Origin: Vezdaea acicularis
Taxonomy: Eukaryota
DNA length: 64,000 bases
NCBI GenBank assembly: GCA_026025075.1
Contig: JAPEUI010000001.1
Location: 248,001 to 312,000 of the forward strand
Reading direction: 5' to 3'
A program made the translations under genes and the position numbers. Shown here piece by piece: positions 38,145-49,146 of the stretch (position 1 is its first letter; each line of letters begins with the position of its first letter). The notes under the pieces are model-generated. The model was not told where the DNA came from. It worked only from the letters and a program-made list of their open reading frames with translations, and searched no databases.

Positions 38145-39683
38145 CTAGCCCCTCACCAGCCCTTTCTTCCCGGCCTTCAGGGACTCAGCCTTATCCTTTT
38201 TCTTGCCGTCTTTCCTCGCTTTCTTGGGGTTTCCGGCTTCTGCAACTGGCACCAGTGGCACCTCCAGCTCCGCCTTACGCTTCTTGATTTTCTTCGCGGT
38301 GGTTTCAGTAGCGGTGATGGTGGTGGTGATGGTGGGATTGAGGGCTTGCGCGAGCGGCGCTTGCTCGACCGGCTCCGTCTTGTGCTTCTTAGCTTTCTTC
38401 GCAGCTTTTTCTGCGGCGGTGCTCTCCTTAAGCGTCTGATCGAGCGGCTCCGCCTTGCGCTTCTTAGCTTTCTCCTTAGTCTTTTCCGCCGCGGTATCCT
38501 TGAGGGCCTGCTCGAGCGGTTCCCGGGCCGCTTTGATGCGCTTCTGCTTTGCTCCATCGTCCAATTCCGGCTTGGCCTCTGCATCAACAAGGGGCTTCGC
38601 CTCGACGATATCGTTCTCGTCCACCCACAACTCTTCCGCAAGCCAGATGGGCAGAGCCATCGTCTCGGGGCCCTTGATGTGCAGACTACGTACGCCCCTC
38701 CAGCCCTTGGGCACGAACTTGTCCACCAGCTCCGCCACGACCGCTTGCACGTTCTCCGCGACCTGCTGGGGCGTGAAGCTCGTCAGGCCGATGCGCACGG
38801 CGGTGCAGGTTGAGGGCGAGAGGTGGATCAGTACTTGCGAGAGGGTGCGGGTGATCTCGTGGGCGATTTGTGGGGCCGTGGCAGGTGCGTTCTTGGTCTC
38901 CTCACTCTTCTTGCTGCTGCTGTCGCTGCCGCCATGAGAGACGGTGAGAGCCGCCTTGTTGCGTGCGGCGCGGGGGGGGGCGAAGTTGACCGGGATGGGC
39001 CGCTTCGCCGTTTGCTTGTAGAAAGATTTGCCTAGGATGAGGGGAAGTTCGGTAACGATGCGGTCGTCGGCTAGGAAAATGTCGTGCGAGTCTCGGAGTT
39101 GGCGCCGGGATTCGAAGGACTTGTATTTGGCCTTGAGCTTCTTGAGGTCGATGATTCGGGTTATACGAGAGCGGAGGGCGGCAGGGAAGGCGTCGGATGC
39201 GATGATGTCTTTGTATTGGCGTTGGGGGTTAACGGTGATGAGGCAGATAGTGGAATTTGAGGAGGCGTGCAGAGGGTGTGGTATTGTCCTGTTCATCGAG
39301 GATTAGGCTATGCAATATGCTCGTTCCCGCAATCTTTCGACTGACACTTTACTTGGCTTCAGTCTCTTCTTGTCAATGATGTGCCGCTTGGTGGTGAGCG
39401 TGAGCCACACTGGCGATGCTTCTCCGCTGAGAACCTCATCCTCGGCTTCGTCGTCGCTATTAGCGGCCAGTAGGTTCCTTTTGCCGGATTTGGTCTGTTT
39501 CTGCTTGGTCTCTGACTTGATGTGCTTGAGCAGCGCTGTAGACGCCTTGAGTGTCTGTTGGACTGAGTCAGTCCTTATTCTGTATCAGGCCGACATTTCA
39601 TATGACTATACCTGAGCTTTGTCTAATTGGTATGGAGAGCCAGACTCGACCTTTGTCGTAAGAGCTGTTGACAGAGGCGCCAT
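38145..39683 (-). CDS. Ribosomal protein L1 domain-containing ribosome-biogenesis protein (Cic1/Utp30 family)
   Basis: IPHPL...ICLI...PQR, LKAKYKSFESRRQLRDSHDIFLADDRI, LGKSFY...KRPIPV and VRSLHIKGPETMALPIW motifs; two introns near 39611-39557 and 39351-39289; Lys-rich tail. Confidence 0.9.
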
Positions 39684-41193
39684 CCTCGGTGTGAATACTA
39701 ATGGAGAGGTGCGCCAGGAAGTTCGGCGAAAATGTGTGGAATTCTCAAATTCTTAGCACTCGGGGAGGAAAAACAATTATGCGAAGTGCAGGGATCGGCA
39801 AAAAGTTCAAGGTTTCTGCCGGCGAATCAAAAGCCATAGATTTTCAACTTCAGCCATTACACAACCACGACCTTTCGATATCCAGTGAAAACTTGAGGTG
39901 TGCAAGTTCCAAGACAAGGCTAATTCATTGACTAGTTGTTCTCGCGGTCGACCTCGAAATTCGACCTGGCACAGGGCTTGCATGCGTTCTCACCGCCTTG
40001 ACCGCTCAGACCGAAGAGACCTGCGCGCGCGGAGAACTGGATGGGACCAGCTCCATGATATCTTGCATACGTATTCGCAGAAATGTTGCGACGGGCGACG
40101 GCAAGATAAGCCCTCTCCTTAGCGCTCGCCCATGCATGTGTCGCACCGTCGACGATGTTGGTGGTCAGTCGATCGACAGTGTGAAGTTTGCCCCGCGTTG
40201 CAGTGTCACGTTCCTCCAACCTGGCTACCCGCAGGTCTCTCAATTACTTCCAGAGGCTCCATGGTGGCTTCGACATGTCATGTTTGATATCCAACTACTA
40301 TGGGCCTTAGACATGGAATTGAATCACTGTTTGCTCGATACCTCTCGGCTGGTCAAGCCTGTGAGATCTGATTCGCGGCCTTTGCAATTCACACACGCTG
40401 AGAGTAACAGCAGTCGCACGCCAGGGCTAAAGTAGGTTTAAAGACCTCACCATAGCGGACAGTCTTCCTCTATGCGGAAACTGATAACGCCGATTACGTC
40501 GTATCTCGGCGCGTGCGCCTGCAGCACCCTAGCGACGGGGCATTATGGGCGAGGTTGGGGCTGCGGCGCGATGGGAGGAAACCTCGTGAAGTACCGCTCG
40601 CGTCTCGTCTGGCCGCGGTCGTGGTCATACACGTTCTCTTATATGACAGCTATTGACCGCACCGTCAAGCCGAATTGCCTCGATTTGTGCGACCGGTCGT
40701 GGCATCCCAACCTCAAACTTCCTGAACCGTCACCAGCCCTAAACACGCGGTGTGGAAAGTGCACGCAGGCACGGAAGTGGCCGAGTGACACCGGGCGTGT
40801 CTTCGCTTGAGGCTGGCGTGCAAAAGACGCGGTCTCGTCTCGCGCTTGAGTCGACCCGACCTCGACCATCCGCTCCTCTGCCCTTCCCACATATCTCCCA
40901 CCAAGGACGCTGGGTCTTCCTTTTCCTCCTCCACCACAAGACCTTCAATGCAAGTCGTAAGCTGTCGGAAGGCATAAAGAAGGTTTCCTCTCTCCAGTAT
41001 ATTCTCGGGCGCCCTCTCCTGTCTAAGCCGTCCTTCAACATTACCTCGCGACCTCTTCCCATCCTTCCTTGTTCACGCGCCTTCGCGTGTCAAAACGCAC
41101 CGACTTTCGGATGCACGCGGTCTCTTGACATTCGAAAGGCGAACGCAATCCCCAACACAGTCGTCCGCGTCCGAAGATACAATTATCCGCTCA

Positions 41194-42817
41194 ATGGAGG
41201 ACTCGGAGAGTACAGCCAATGCTGCTCCTTCCACGATCTCCACGACGACCACCACCGGTGTCAAACGTCCAGCTCCCTCGCTCTTGCCTGCCTTTGATCC
41301 CTTCACCACTTCCTCTCCCTTTAATCGACCCTCAAAACGCATTCGTGTTCTCGCAGAAGAAGATGACAGCCTTCCATCGTACCGTTACCCAACACCAATC
41401 CCCTCCTCGTCAATTGGTCCTCCACCATCGTCCCCGCGACTGCCGGCTCCGCGTGCACCCCTCCAACGAACACATTCTACCATGTCCGAACGAGCCCCCC
41501 TGAGCGCTGTCCCTTCAGTCACAGTGCCAGAAAGCGGCCAACCTCTACTCATGGGCAGGTCTACCAATTGCTCTCATTATCAACTCTCCGCCAATCGGCT
41601 CATCTCTCGAGTACATATCCAAGCCACATATATGCCTGCCCCAGATAGCGAAAGTTCAAACAAAATTGTGGTCCTCTGCATAGGCGCGAATGGTGCTACA
41701 CTTCACTGTGAAGGGAAGACGTACGAATTAGGAAAAGGGGACAGTTTGGTCTCAGAGACCGAGTTTACGGAGATCATGGTCGACGTGCAGGATGCCCGGG
41801 TTATCCTTGAATGGCCTATCATTGATGTTGGAGGTCATGTTTCGGGCCTCTCTACCAGCTCGAGTTCACCTTGGGTCGATGACAACTCTCCGTCAAGACG
41901 TGGTGGTCCGACTATTGCTGCTGCTGACTTTCGTGCTGGTATTGGCTTGCACATCCAGTCACCAATCTCTCCTCCTCGCTTCGTCTTCCCTACCTCTTCA
42001 ACCTTTGTGGACTCTGATCCAGTGCCAGCTGGCGACATCATCCACGTCTATGAAGATGAAAGCGAGTCCGATGGTCATGCAGAACCAAGGGAGGCTGAAG
42101 GTACACAGTCCACGCAATATCCTACCCAGGCCTCGGCTTCATTCTCCCAAGAACATCCTGAAGGGACTCCAGTGAGTAGCTTTGAACCATCCCAAGACTT
42201 CTCCGACGATCCGAATGAAGAAAACGATCCCCTCATCACCTCCTTCGGGCCTCAGGGAGACAATTTGCTGCCCCGTATGGCTTCCATCACAGCGGGCGCT
42301 TCACCGGAAGTGTCGGCTCGTGGTCGAACAATGGAAAAGACGGGAGCGAAACGTCCTCGCAGCTTGTCTGAGTCCACGAATGAAGCAGATAACACTGCAG
42401 TTGTTAATCATGCTATCAACCAGCTTGCCTTCTCTCGCCTATCCTCTACTCCTCTCTCTGTCATCATGAACAATCTCCCTGCTCACCTCAAGGGCGAAGA
42501 GGACGCTAGCTCTCAAGAAAACAAAGGCCTCACTCTGGAGAACCTGAAGAAAGTTCTGGACGCAACCCAGTGTATCGGAGAGATTGCTCGTGAGGGCAAG
42601 GATGCTGCAGGAAGGCCGCTCGAATGCGAGTATTATTATATTCCGGCTGAGGACACTGATGAAAAGAGAAGAGAAGCTGTCGTCGATGGTCTTCAGAAGC
42701 CAGGACTGAGAGCTTGCAGAAAGCAACATAAGGTTTGTCTATCCTGCCTTATTGGACTTATGAAGTCGATATTGACCCGCGTAGCAATATTTCTGGAGAA
42801 AGCCCAAGAAACTTTAG
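41194..42817 (+). CDS. TOS4: FHA-domain transcriptional regulator of the Tos4/Plm2 family
   Basis: YPTPIPSSS, FHA core GRS...ISRVH...NG, and C-terminal IGEIAREGKDAAGRPLECEYYY...KPGLRACRKQHK; intron 42733-42784 yields the conserved QYFWRKP end. Confidence 0.88.
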
Positions 42818-43825
42818 CACTAGACCAGTCGCCATTACCGCCCGAAAGCTGTTAAGACTAAAAGGTCAAAGAAAGGTGATAGGGCTGTGCTGCGTCGAGA
42901 AAATGTCAAGGTCGATCTTCTAGTCGGCATCGATCACCAGGTTTCAGAGGTTTCATGTCTCCGATCTATTCCTACATCCCCATCCATTCATCTCACCTTG
43001 TCATCTTGTCACCTGGTCTTTCCGTATCTTCACCCATTTCTCTTTTGCATTTCCAACGGTATCTGCATAGCGAAGCGTCCTGTTTTGGCCGGTCAGACCT
43101 CTCACAGCGTGCTATTTGCATGGAAGGCGGCGCGAGCGTCTGATTTTTTTTCTAGCTTCATGTACGGGACGGTCCTCGATTCATGTATGCCTAAATCTCC
43201 GAATTCCCCAATTCCGTCTCCATCTTTCCCCATTTCGCGACTGGCCTCAAACCGAGCACTAGAAGCTAGAAAACAGAGCTCATGAGTCTTTGGTCAATCA
43301 ACATGAATGCTTCCTCCGAAGATCCTTCCCATGAAAGCGCCCCCAGAAAGTCTATCTGAATGCACAGCGTGATTTGAGCGCGTAGATCCCCCTCATCAAC
43401 GCGTTGGGTAGCCGTGGGCATGCCCGCAACAACTTCCCTGTCGGCAATCCGGCGCTCCGGCAGAATGACGTCCTCGCGCTTCCAGCCCCGCCGCTACCCG
43501 CTGGACCCTCACAAACCAGGGCGTCTTTTACCCCACATTCCTGGGCCGGCGGTAGCGGCCGGGCGCCGCGCGCTGTACTGCCGGGGGAAAAACATGTCCT
43601 GCTATTCTTGAGTGAAGTGACCTGGCTTACTCCTCTTATTGTCCCCTCGTTTCGTCACGAGGATTTGAGAAGCTCGGGCAACGGACGCGTCATTAGTTGC
43701 TTCCGCTATTTAAAAAGCCGAGGTCGGGAACGAGACGAGCGGGCATAGCTACTCCTTTCAACAAAGCACCCCAATAGACTTTCAATCCTAAGAACATACA
43801 AGCTGAAGGTATATCACCAGACGTA

Positions 43826-44398
43826 ATGGCGTTTGCACAACAAGCCACAGCAACACAGGATAGCGTAACCAGCGCTCGAGACATCGTTGGTCAGTCGACG
43901 CAGACTTTCTCACAACAAGCTCCAAGCTACACCTCCGCCCTCACACCCGAGCCCCCGACCTACGTCTCCGCCACTGAACCCCTTCCCATCAGTAGCAGCA
44001 GTGCCACTAGTACCACAACTACCACCAACACCAACACCAGGAGCAGCACAGCGCCCGCCTCCTCCTCTCCTCTCTCTAAATCCCCACATCGCCCACTCCC
44101 AACACAATTCCGACCCACGCTCGCAACGCGCAGCTCGCACCACTACGCGCAGGCCAGTGCGGCGTCTAGAGAAGAACGGGCGTGGAACCAGGCGAATGCG
44201 TTGAAGAAGGCCGGAAGGGGCGAGATGGTGGGTTTGGGGGAGTTGGGGAAGAGTAGGGAGGGGATGGGGAGGGGACCTAGCTTTGATGAGCAGGAATATA
44301 GGAGGGTCATGCAGAGGAAGAGTGTGGCGCTTGAAGAGAGAGGGTTGGGTGAGATGCGGGCGGAGGTGGATGGATATAGTTCTGGGGTTGGGGAGTGA
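43826..44398 (+). CDS. Hypothetical low-complexity protein (190 aa)
   Basis: ATG-initiated ORF with TATA-like TATTTAAAA at about 43707; Ser/Thr/Pro-rich first half and charged second half; no domain recognised. Confidence 0.55.
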   Translation: MAFAQQATATQDSVTSARDIVGQSTQTFSQQAPSYTSALTPEPPTYVSATEPLPISSSSATSTTTTTNTNTRSSTAPASSSPLSKSPHRPLPTQFRPTLATRSSHHYAQASAASREERAWNQANALKKAGRGEMVGLGELGKSREGMGRGPSFDEQEYRRVMQRKSVALEERGLGEMRAEVDGYSSGVGE

Positions 44399-45245
44399 GG
44401 GATGGGGTGGGATGATGAGCAGCGAAGTGATATGTGCAGAGGCGGTTCAAAGGTTTAGGAAGAAGGCTTTTTGAAGTGGGTTATTGTTTCCGCTAGGCTT
44501 ATTGCTTTCTAACGTCGAGGTTGGCGTTGCGGGTTGGCTTCTCGACTTTTCTCTCGACTCAAAGGTTCTTTCTTATTTGCTGCAGGCTGGACTTTGTTAT
44601 ATGAGGCCCCAAAGCCCTTAAGTAATGGAAGATTAAAGCCATCGAACACCCTTTCGGTTCTGATATTGAAACTCTGTTGTGGTCCGGCGATAGGCTGCAG
44701 CTGTCCTGGTCGATCCGTGACGCATATTACCTCTCCCAAATACCTTCATTCCCCAAGAATTTGAGCATATTTTCCTTTTCCCAATACAAGGATCCCCGAT
44801 AATTCAAGTGTAGTTATGTCTCCTGATATTCGTATTTACAGAGCTTCTCCTTTGAACAATAGACCGGATAATCGAGCCCATGTCCTACAGGAATGTTCCG
44901 AGACCAAAGAGTGTGATAAGATGTGTAAGTGGATGGAGGGAGCTGGAGGAGATACGCGAATACGCGAAAGGCATCCTGCAGATTTCAAGACCCCACTACG
45001 CGAGACTAATTCACGATCGAGCAAGGTCATGAACGTGGACGTCAAAAGACAACGCGCGTTCCTCCTCCAGAACAACACTGTGGGTGACTGCAAAACTCAA
45101 AATTCTGTGAACAAATGCGGGTTGCTTGCAAATCTCTCATATCTTTCCTACACAAACCCAATGTGGTGCCCTTAGATAGCACTTTTTCTGTCACCTTAGT
45201 GACATTCCATGCACCACGTCGGATGTTGGAGAGCTGAGAAAGTGA

Positions 45246-48200
45246 ATGGAGAGAAAAAGGAAGAGTGAGTAACCAAGAGTATCAGCGTAACTACAAGCGG
45301 ATTTGTAAGGGCAGAGGCTGATATTTCACCAATGAAGAGGAGCTGCGTGAGCTCAACTTGAAGGCATGGGATGGCGAACGGGGTAAGAGTCTTATAACCT
45401 CCTGCTAGCGGAATATATGTTGATTACGTCACCTCAGACCTCTTCAAAGTCAACCCGTCACTCGACTCTTCGCTGAAGAAGAATACTGCTTTCATTAAGC
45501 GGCTACGCACAGCGATATCTGCGCCTGGATTGAATACGTTTCTACAAGACATCCGCTCGTTGTCCCTTCACAAGTACCTCTCGGAGATCATAACAGCATG
45601 CTTCGAAGGCCTTTGCAAAGTCAAAACACCGGGCGAGATATCGGCCGCGGTAGAGATCGTTAGTGCACTTCACTGTCGGTTCGGACAGGAAGAGTTCACG
45701 GGTCAGCTGGGATGGTTGATGGGGCGGGCGCTTTCGACACCTGAGAAGCCACACCTGAAGAACTTATCACCTGAGGCGAAAGAGAAAGAGGAAAAGGAAC
45801 GGCTTGCAAGACAGAGAATACTCCTGAGAGTCGTGACTGAACTATGGCTTGTGGGGGTGCTGAGAAGCCTAGAGGACGTTGTTCGGCCTGACGACGCAGG
45901 CAAGGGCAAGGAAAATCTCCCAAGCACGACGACAAAATTGAGCGAAGGTGGAGCTAGGGCAAAGAACAGTGTTAACGGAGCCCGTCCCAATAACCATAAC
46001 GATGCGGAACCCTTTCCTCTCGAAGTGCTAAAGGACCTTCTCGGGCATGATCGTGAGCATGCGAATCTTCCACTGGTTGTGATCTTTGTCAAAAGCTTTG
46101 GATGGGAGATCTTGGGGGCTCGGGCAGAATCGGGCGAGGGTCGTAAAGCGGTTGCTGCAGATGGCACAGTAGCTGTTACCTCGGAAGGAGAAGATAGTAG
46201 TGCAGCGGAAGATACTTCGCCCGCAGAACCGACTTATAACGATGCTCCTATCGTATCTGGGGAACTACAATCTCGCTTTCGCAATGTCCTCGGTCGCTAC
46301 TTTGAAGATGTCAAAGTCCACCTTATCCGGAATCAGAAAGCCCTCGCGACACAGGCACGTCGCAACGCCGAGGCCTACGTTAAGTCGGGTGAGGTGTTTG
46401 AAGATCGACAAGGCAACCACGAGAAGGCAGTGAAGAGCCAAGAAAAGCTCATCGCAAATGCTCAGGTCTTGAGTGAAGTGCTGGGTAGCGAGATGCCAGA
46501 TCTCAAGGAATCTGATGAGGATGCGACTGGTGGAGACGGTGAGATTGGTCTTGTGAAAACAGGAGAGTACCTGCGCGGACAAGCCGAGGGAGCAGGAATC
46601 TGGGAAGACGAGGAAGAACGCCGGTTCTACGAGAATCTGGTGGACCTGAAAGATCGTGTTCCCGCCATCTTACTTGAAGACGCCAAGAAGAAGAAGCCCG
46701 AAAGCGATGAACAGGTCGGAAAGCAAGCAGAGGAGACCAAGGAAGATTCTGAGGCGGTATCTGCAAGTACAATCGAAGAGCCGAAGCAGACAGATGGCGA
46801 TGATCAGTCGACTGCGATTGCTAATAAGACAGTTGGCGCGCAAGTGGACGGTCTCCTAAAACGCCTCAAAGACGTGACAAGTAAGGAGATGGTCGACGAA
46901 ATAGCTATCGATTTCTGCTTTCTTAACTCCAAAGCTTCGCGTAATAGGATGTTGAAAGCTATATCGACGATTCCGAAGGGACGTACCGACTTGCTCCCGC
47001 TATGGTCTCGACTTGCAGCTACATTGGGCAAATACATGGCGGACATTCCCCAAGGCCTGATCGCCCACCTTGATGCCGAGTTCCGAAGTCTTCAACGTCG
47101 GAAGGAGAAGGGCTTTCTCGATCAAGTTCGGACCAGTAACATACGCTATCTTGCAGAGCTCACCAAATTCGGAGTTGTACCAGAGCATGTCATCTTTCAC
47201 TGCTTGAGAGTGTCATTGGATGAGTTCTCTCGGATGAACATTGAGATAATTTGCCATCTACTAGAAAATTGTGGTCGATATTTACTCCGAAACCCGGTCA
47301 CCTCCCCGCGGATGACGTCTTTCCTTGATACTTTACAGCGAAAAAAGGGCGCCCAGCACTTAGGCCAGCAAGAGCGAATGCTAATTGAGAATGCGATGTA
47401 CTACGTCAATCCACCACAAAGAGCCGCTATCCAGCAGAAAGAACGGTCACCGATAAGTCAATTCATCAGGAAACTTATCTATCTAGATATGAACAAGCGG
47501 AACAACCTCAAGATTATCAAGCAGATCAGAAAGCTTCACTGGGAAGATCAAGAGGTATTTGACGTTCTCGAGAGGGTGTTCTCCAAGCCCGGAAAGGTCA
47601 AATACAGCAACATCCACATTTTAGCAATCATAGCAGCTGCACTCTATCGGTACCACCAGGAATGGGTCATCACCGTAATCGATGATCTGCTAGAAAACAT
47701 CACTGTTGGTCTCGAGCACAACGACTTCAAGGCCAATCAACGAAGGATCGCCGAGGTCAAGTATCTCGGAGAGCTTTACACATACAGGATGGTCGACTCT
47801 CCGGTAATCTTTGATACACTTTACCGCCTTGTGACATTCGGCCACGATGGCGGTATTCCAAAGGTTGACAAATTCTGCCATTTGGACATGCCTGACGACT
47901 TCTTTCGCATGCGCCTTGTCTGTACCTTGCTTGATACGTGTGGGCAATTCTTTCGCAAGGGAGCCGCGGAGAAGAAACTCGATTTCTTTATCGTCTTTTT
48001 TCAGTATTACATGTTCACGAAGGACCCAGTTCCCATGGATGTCGAATTCATGATCCAGGAGACAATATCTAGTCTACGTCCAGAGGTCAAGTTGGCAGTT
48101 GATCTAAATGAGGCTAGTCAGCAGTTTGCCGCAGCCGTATCTCAGAACTACCAAGCTCCGGAGGAAGATAAACCCGTGGAAATAGACTCAGGAGATGAGC

Positions 48201-49146
48201 TGTCATCTGAAGATGATGATGACGAGGACGCTCATGACCAGCGACGGGATGCCGGGCAGTCCTCTAGTGATGAAGCTGAAGCAGAATTAAGCGGAGATGA
48301 TAATGAGTCCGATGCAGATTCCGAGGAAGAAAGTATAGTCGTTACCCGCCAGCAAGAGGAGCGCGATCCGGAGATTGAAGCTGAGTTTGACCGAGAATTC
48401 GCGAAGATGATGGCCGAGAGTCTTGATTCCCGCAAATTTGAGCGCAAGCCATTATTCGACGTTCCTCTACCCATGAAGAAGAATGCCCGAGAGATGGCTA
48501 CGACAGAAGAATGCCAGCCCGAGAGCGATATTGCACCCCCTAATACTATGGCATTTTCTCTTCTCACAAAGCGTGGAAACAGGCAGCAGGTATGCTCAGA
48601 GCATCCAACTATTTGGTACTTATTGCTAACACGTTATAGACGCGGACGGTTGAACTGCCTTCCGATTCACACTTTGCCGTGGCAATGAAGACACAGCAGG
48701 AGGCAGAACGTGCTGAACAGCAGCGCATCAAGAACCTTGTACTAAATTATGATCTTCGAGACGAAGACCTCGATGGTGAAGATGATTTTCTTTTCCCTCT
48801 CGAACCTAACCTCAATACTAAGAGCTTAGAAGGCTCCGAAAAGGCAAATGCCTCTGCCCCACGTACCGATAGAGCTGTCTCGAACCGGGCCGGACAGCGA
48901 GCACGTAAACTTCAACTCAGCGATGTTGATTGGTATGGACCCAAGGAAACTTCTTCTCCTAATTTAGCTCCCAAATCTTCTTCTCCTTCTACTATTCCAA
49001 GATCTTCCGGGTCTCGTTACAGAGGTCAGGGCCGAGATTCCTCTCGAGGGAGGGGTCCCGTTCGTGGCCGAGGTCTCCAAAGTGGATGAGCTGCATGAAT
49101 TGGCTAACAAGTAGACTCCTTTTGTGGGGGTCGCCATAGGACGTGA
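45246..49146 (+). CDS. UPF2: Nonsense-mediated decay factor Upf2 (MIF4G domains)
   Basis: LDSSLKKNTAFIKRL, NIRYLAELTKF, RRIAEVKYLGELY and DMPDDFFRMRLVCTLLDTCG motifs, acidic region, and MAFSLLTKRGNRQQ Upf1-binding tail; introns 45265-45337, about 45383-45438 and about 48590-48639. The 3' end is ambiguous (49089 if the last intron is retained, 49146 if spliced). Confidence 0.95.

Noticed and set aside
37956..38937. Plus-strand ORFs of 285 and 160 aa
   Set aside because: Antisense shadows of the Lys/Ala-rich tail of the L1-domain gene.
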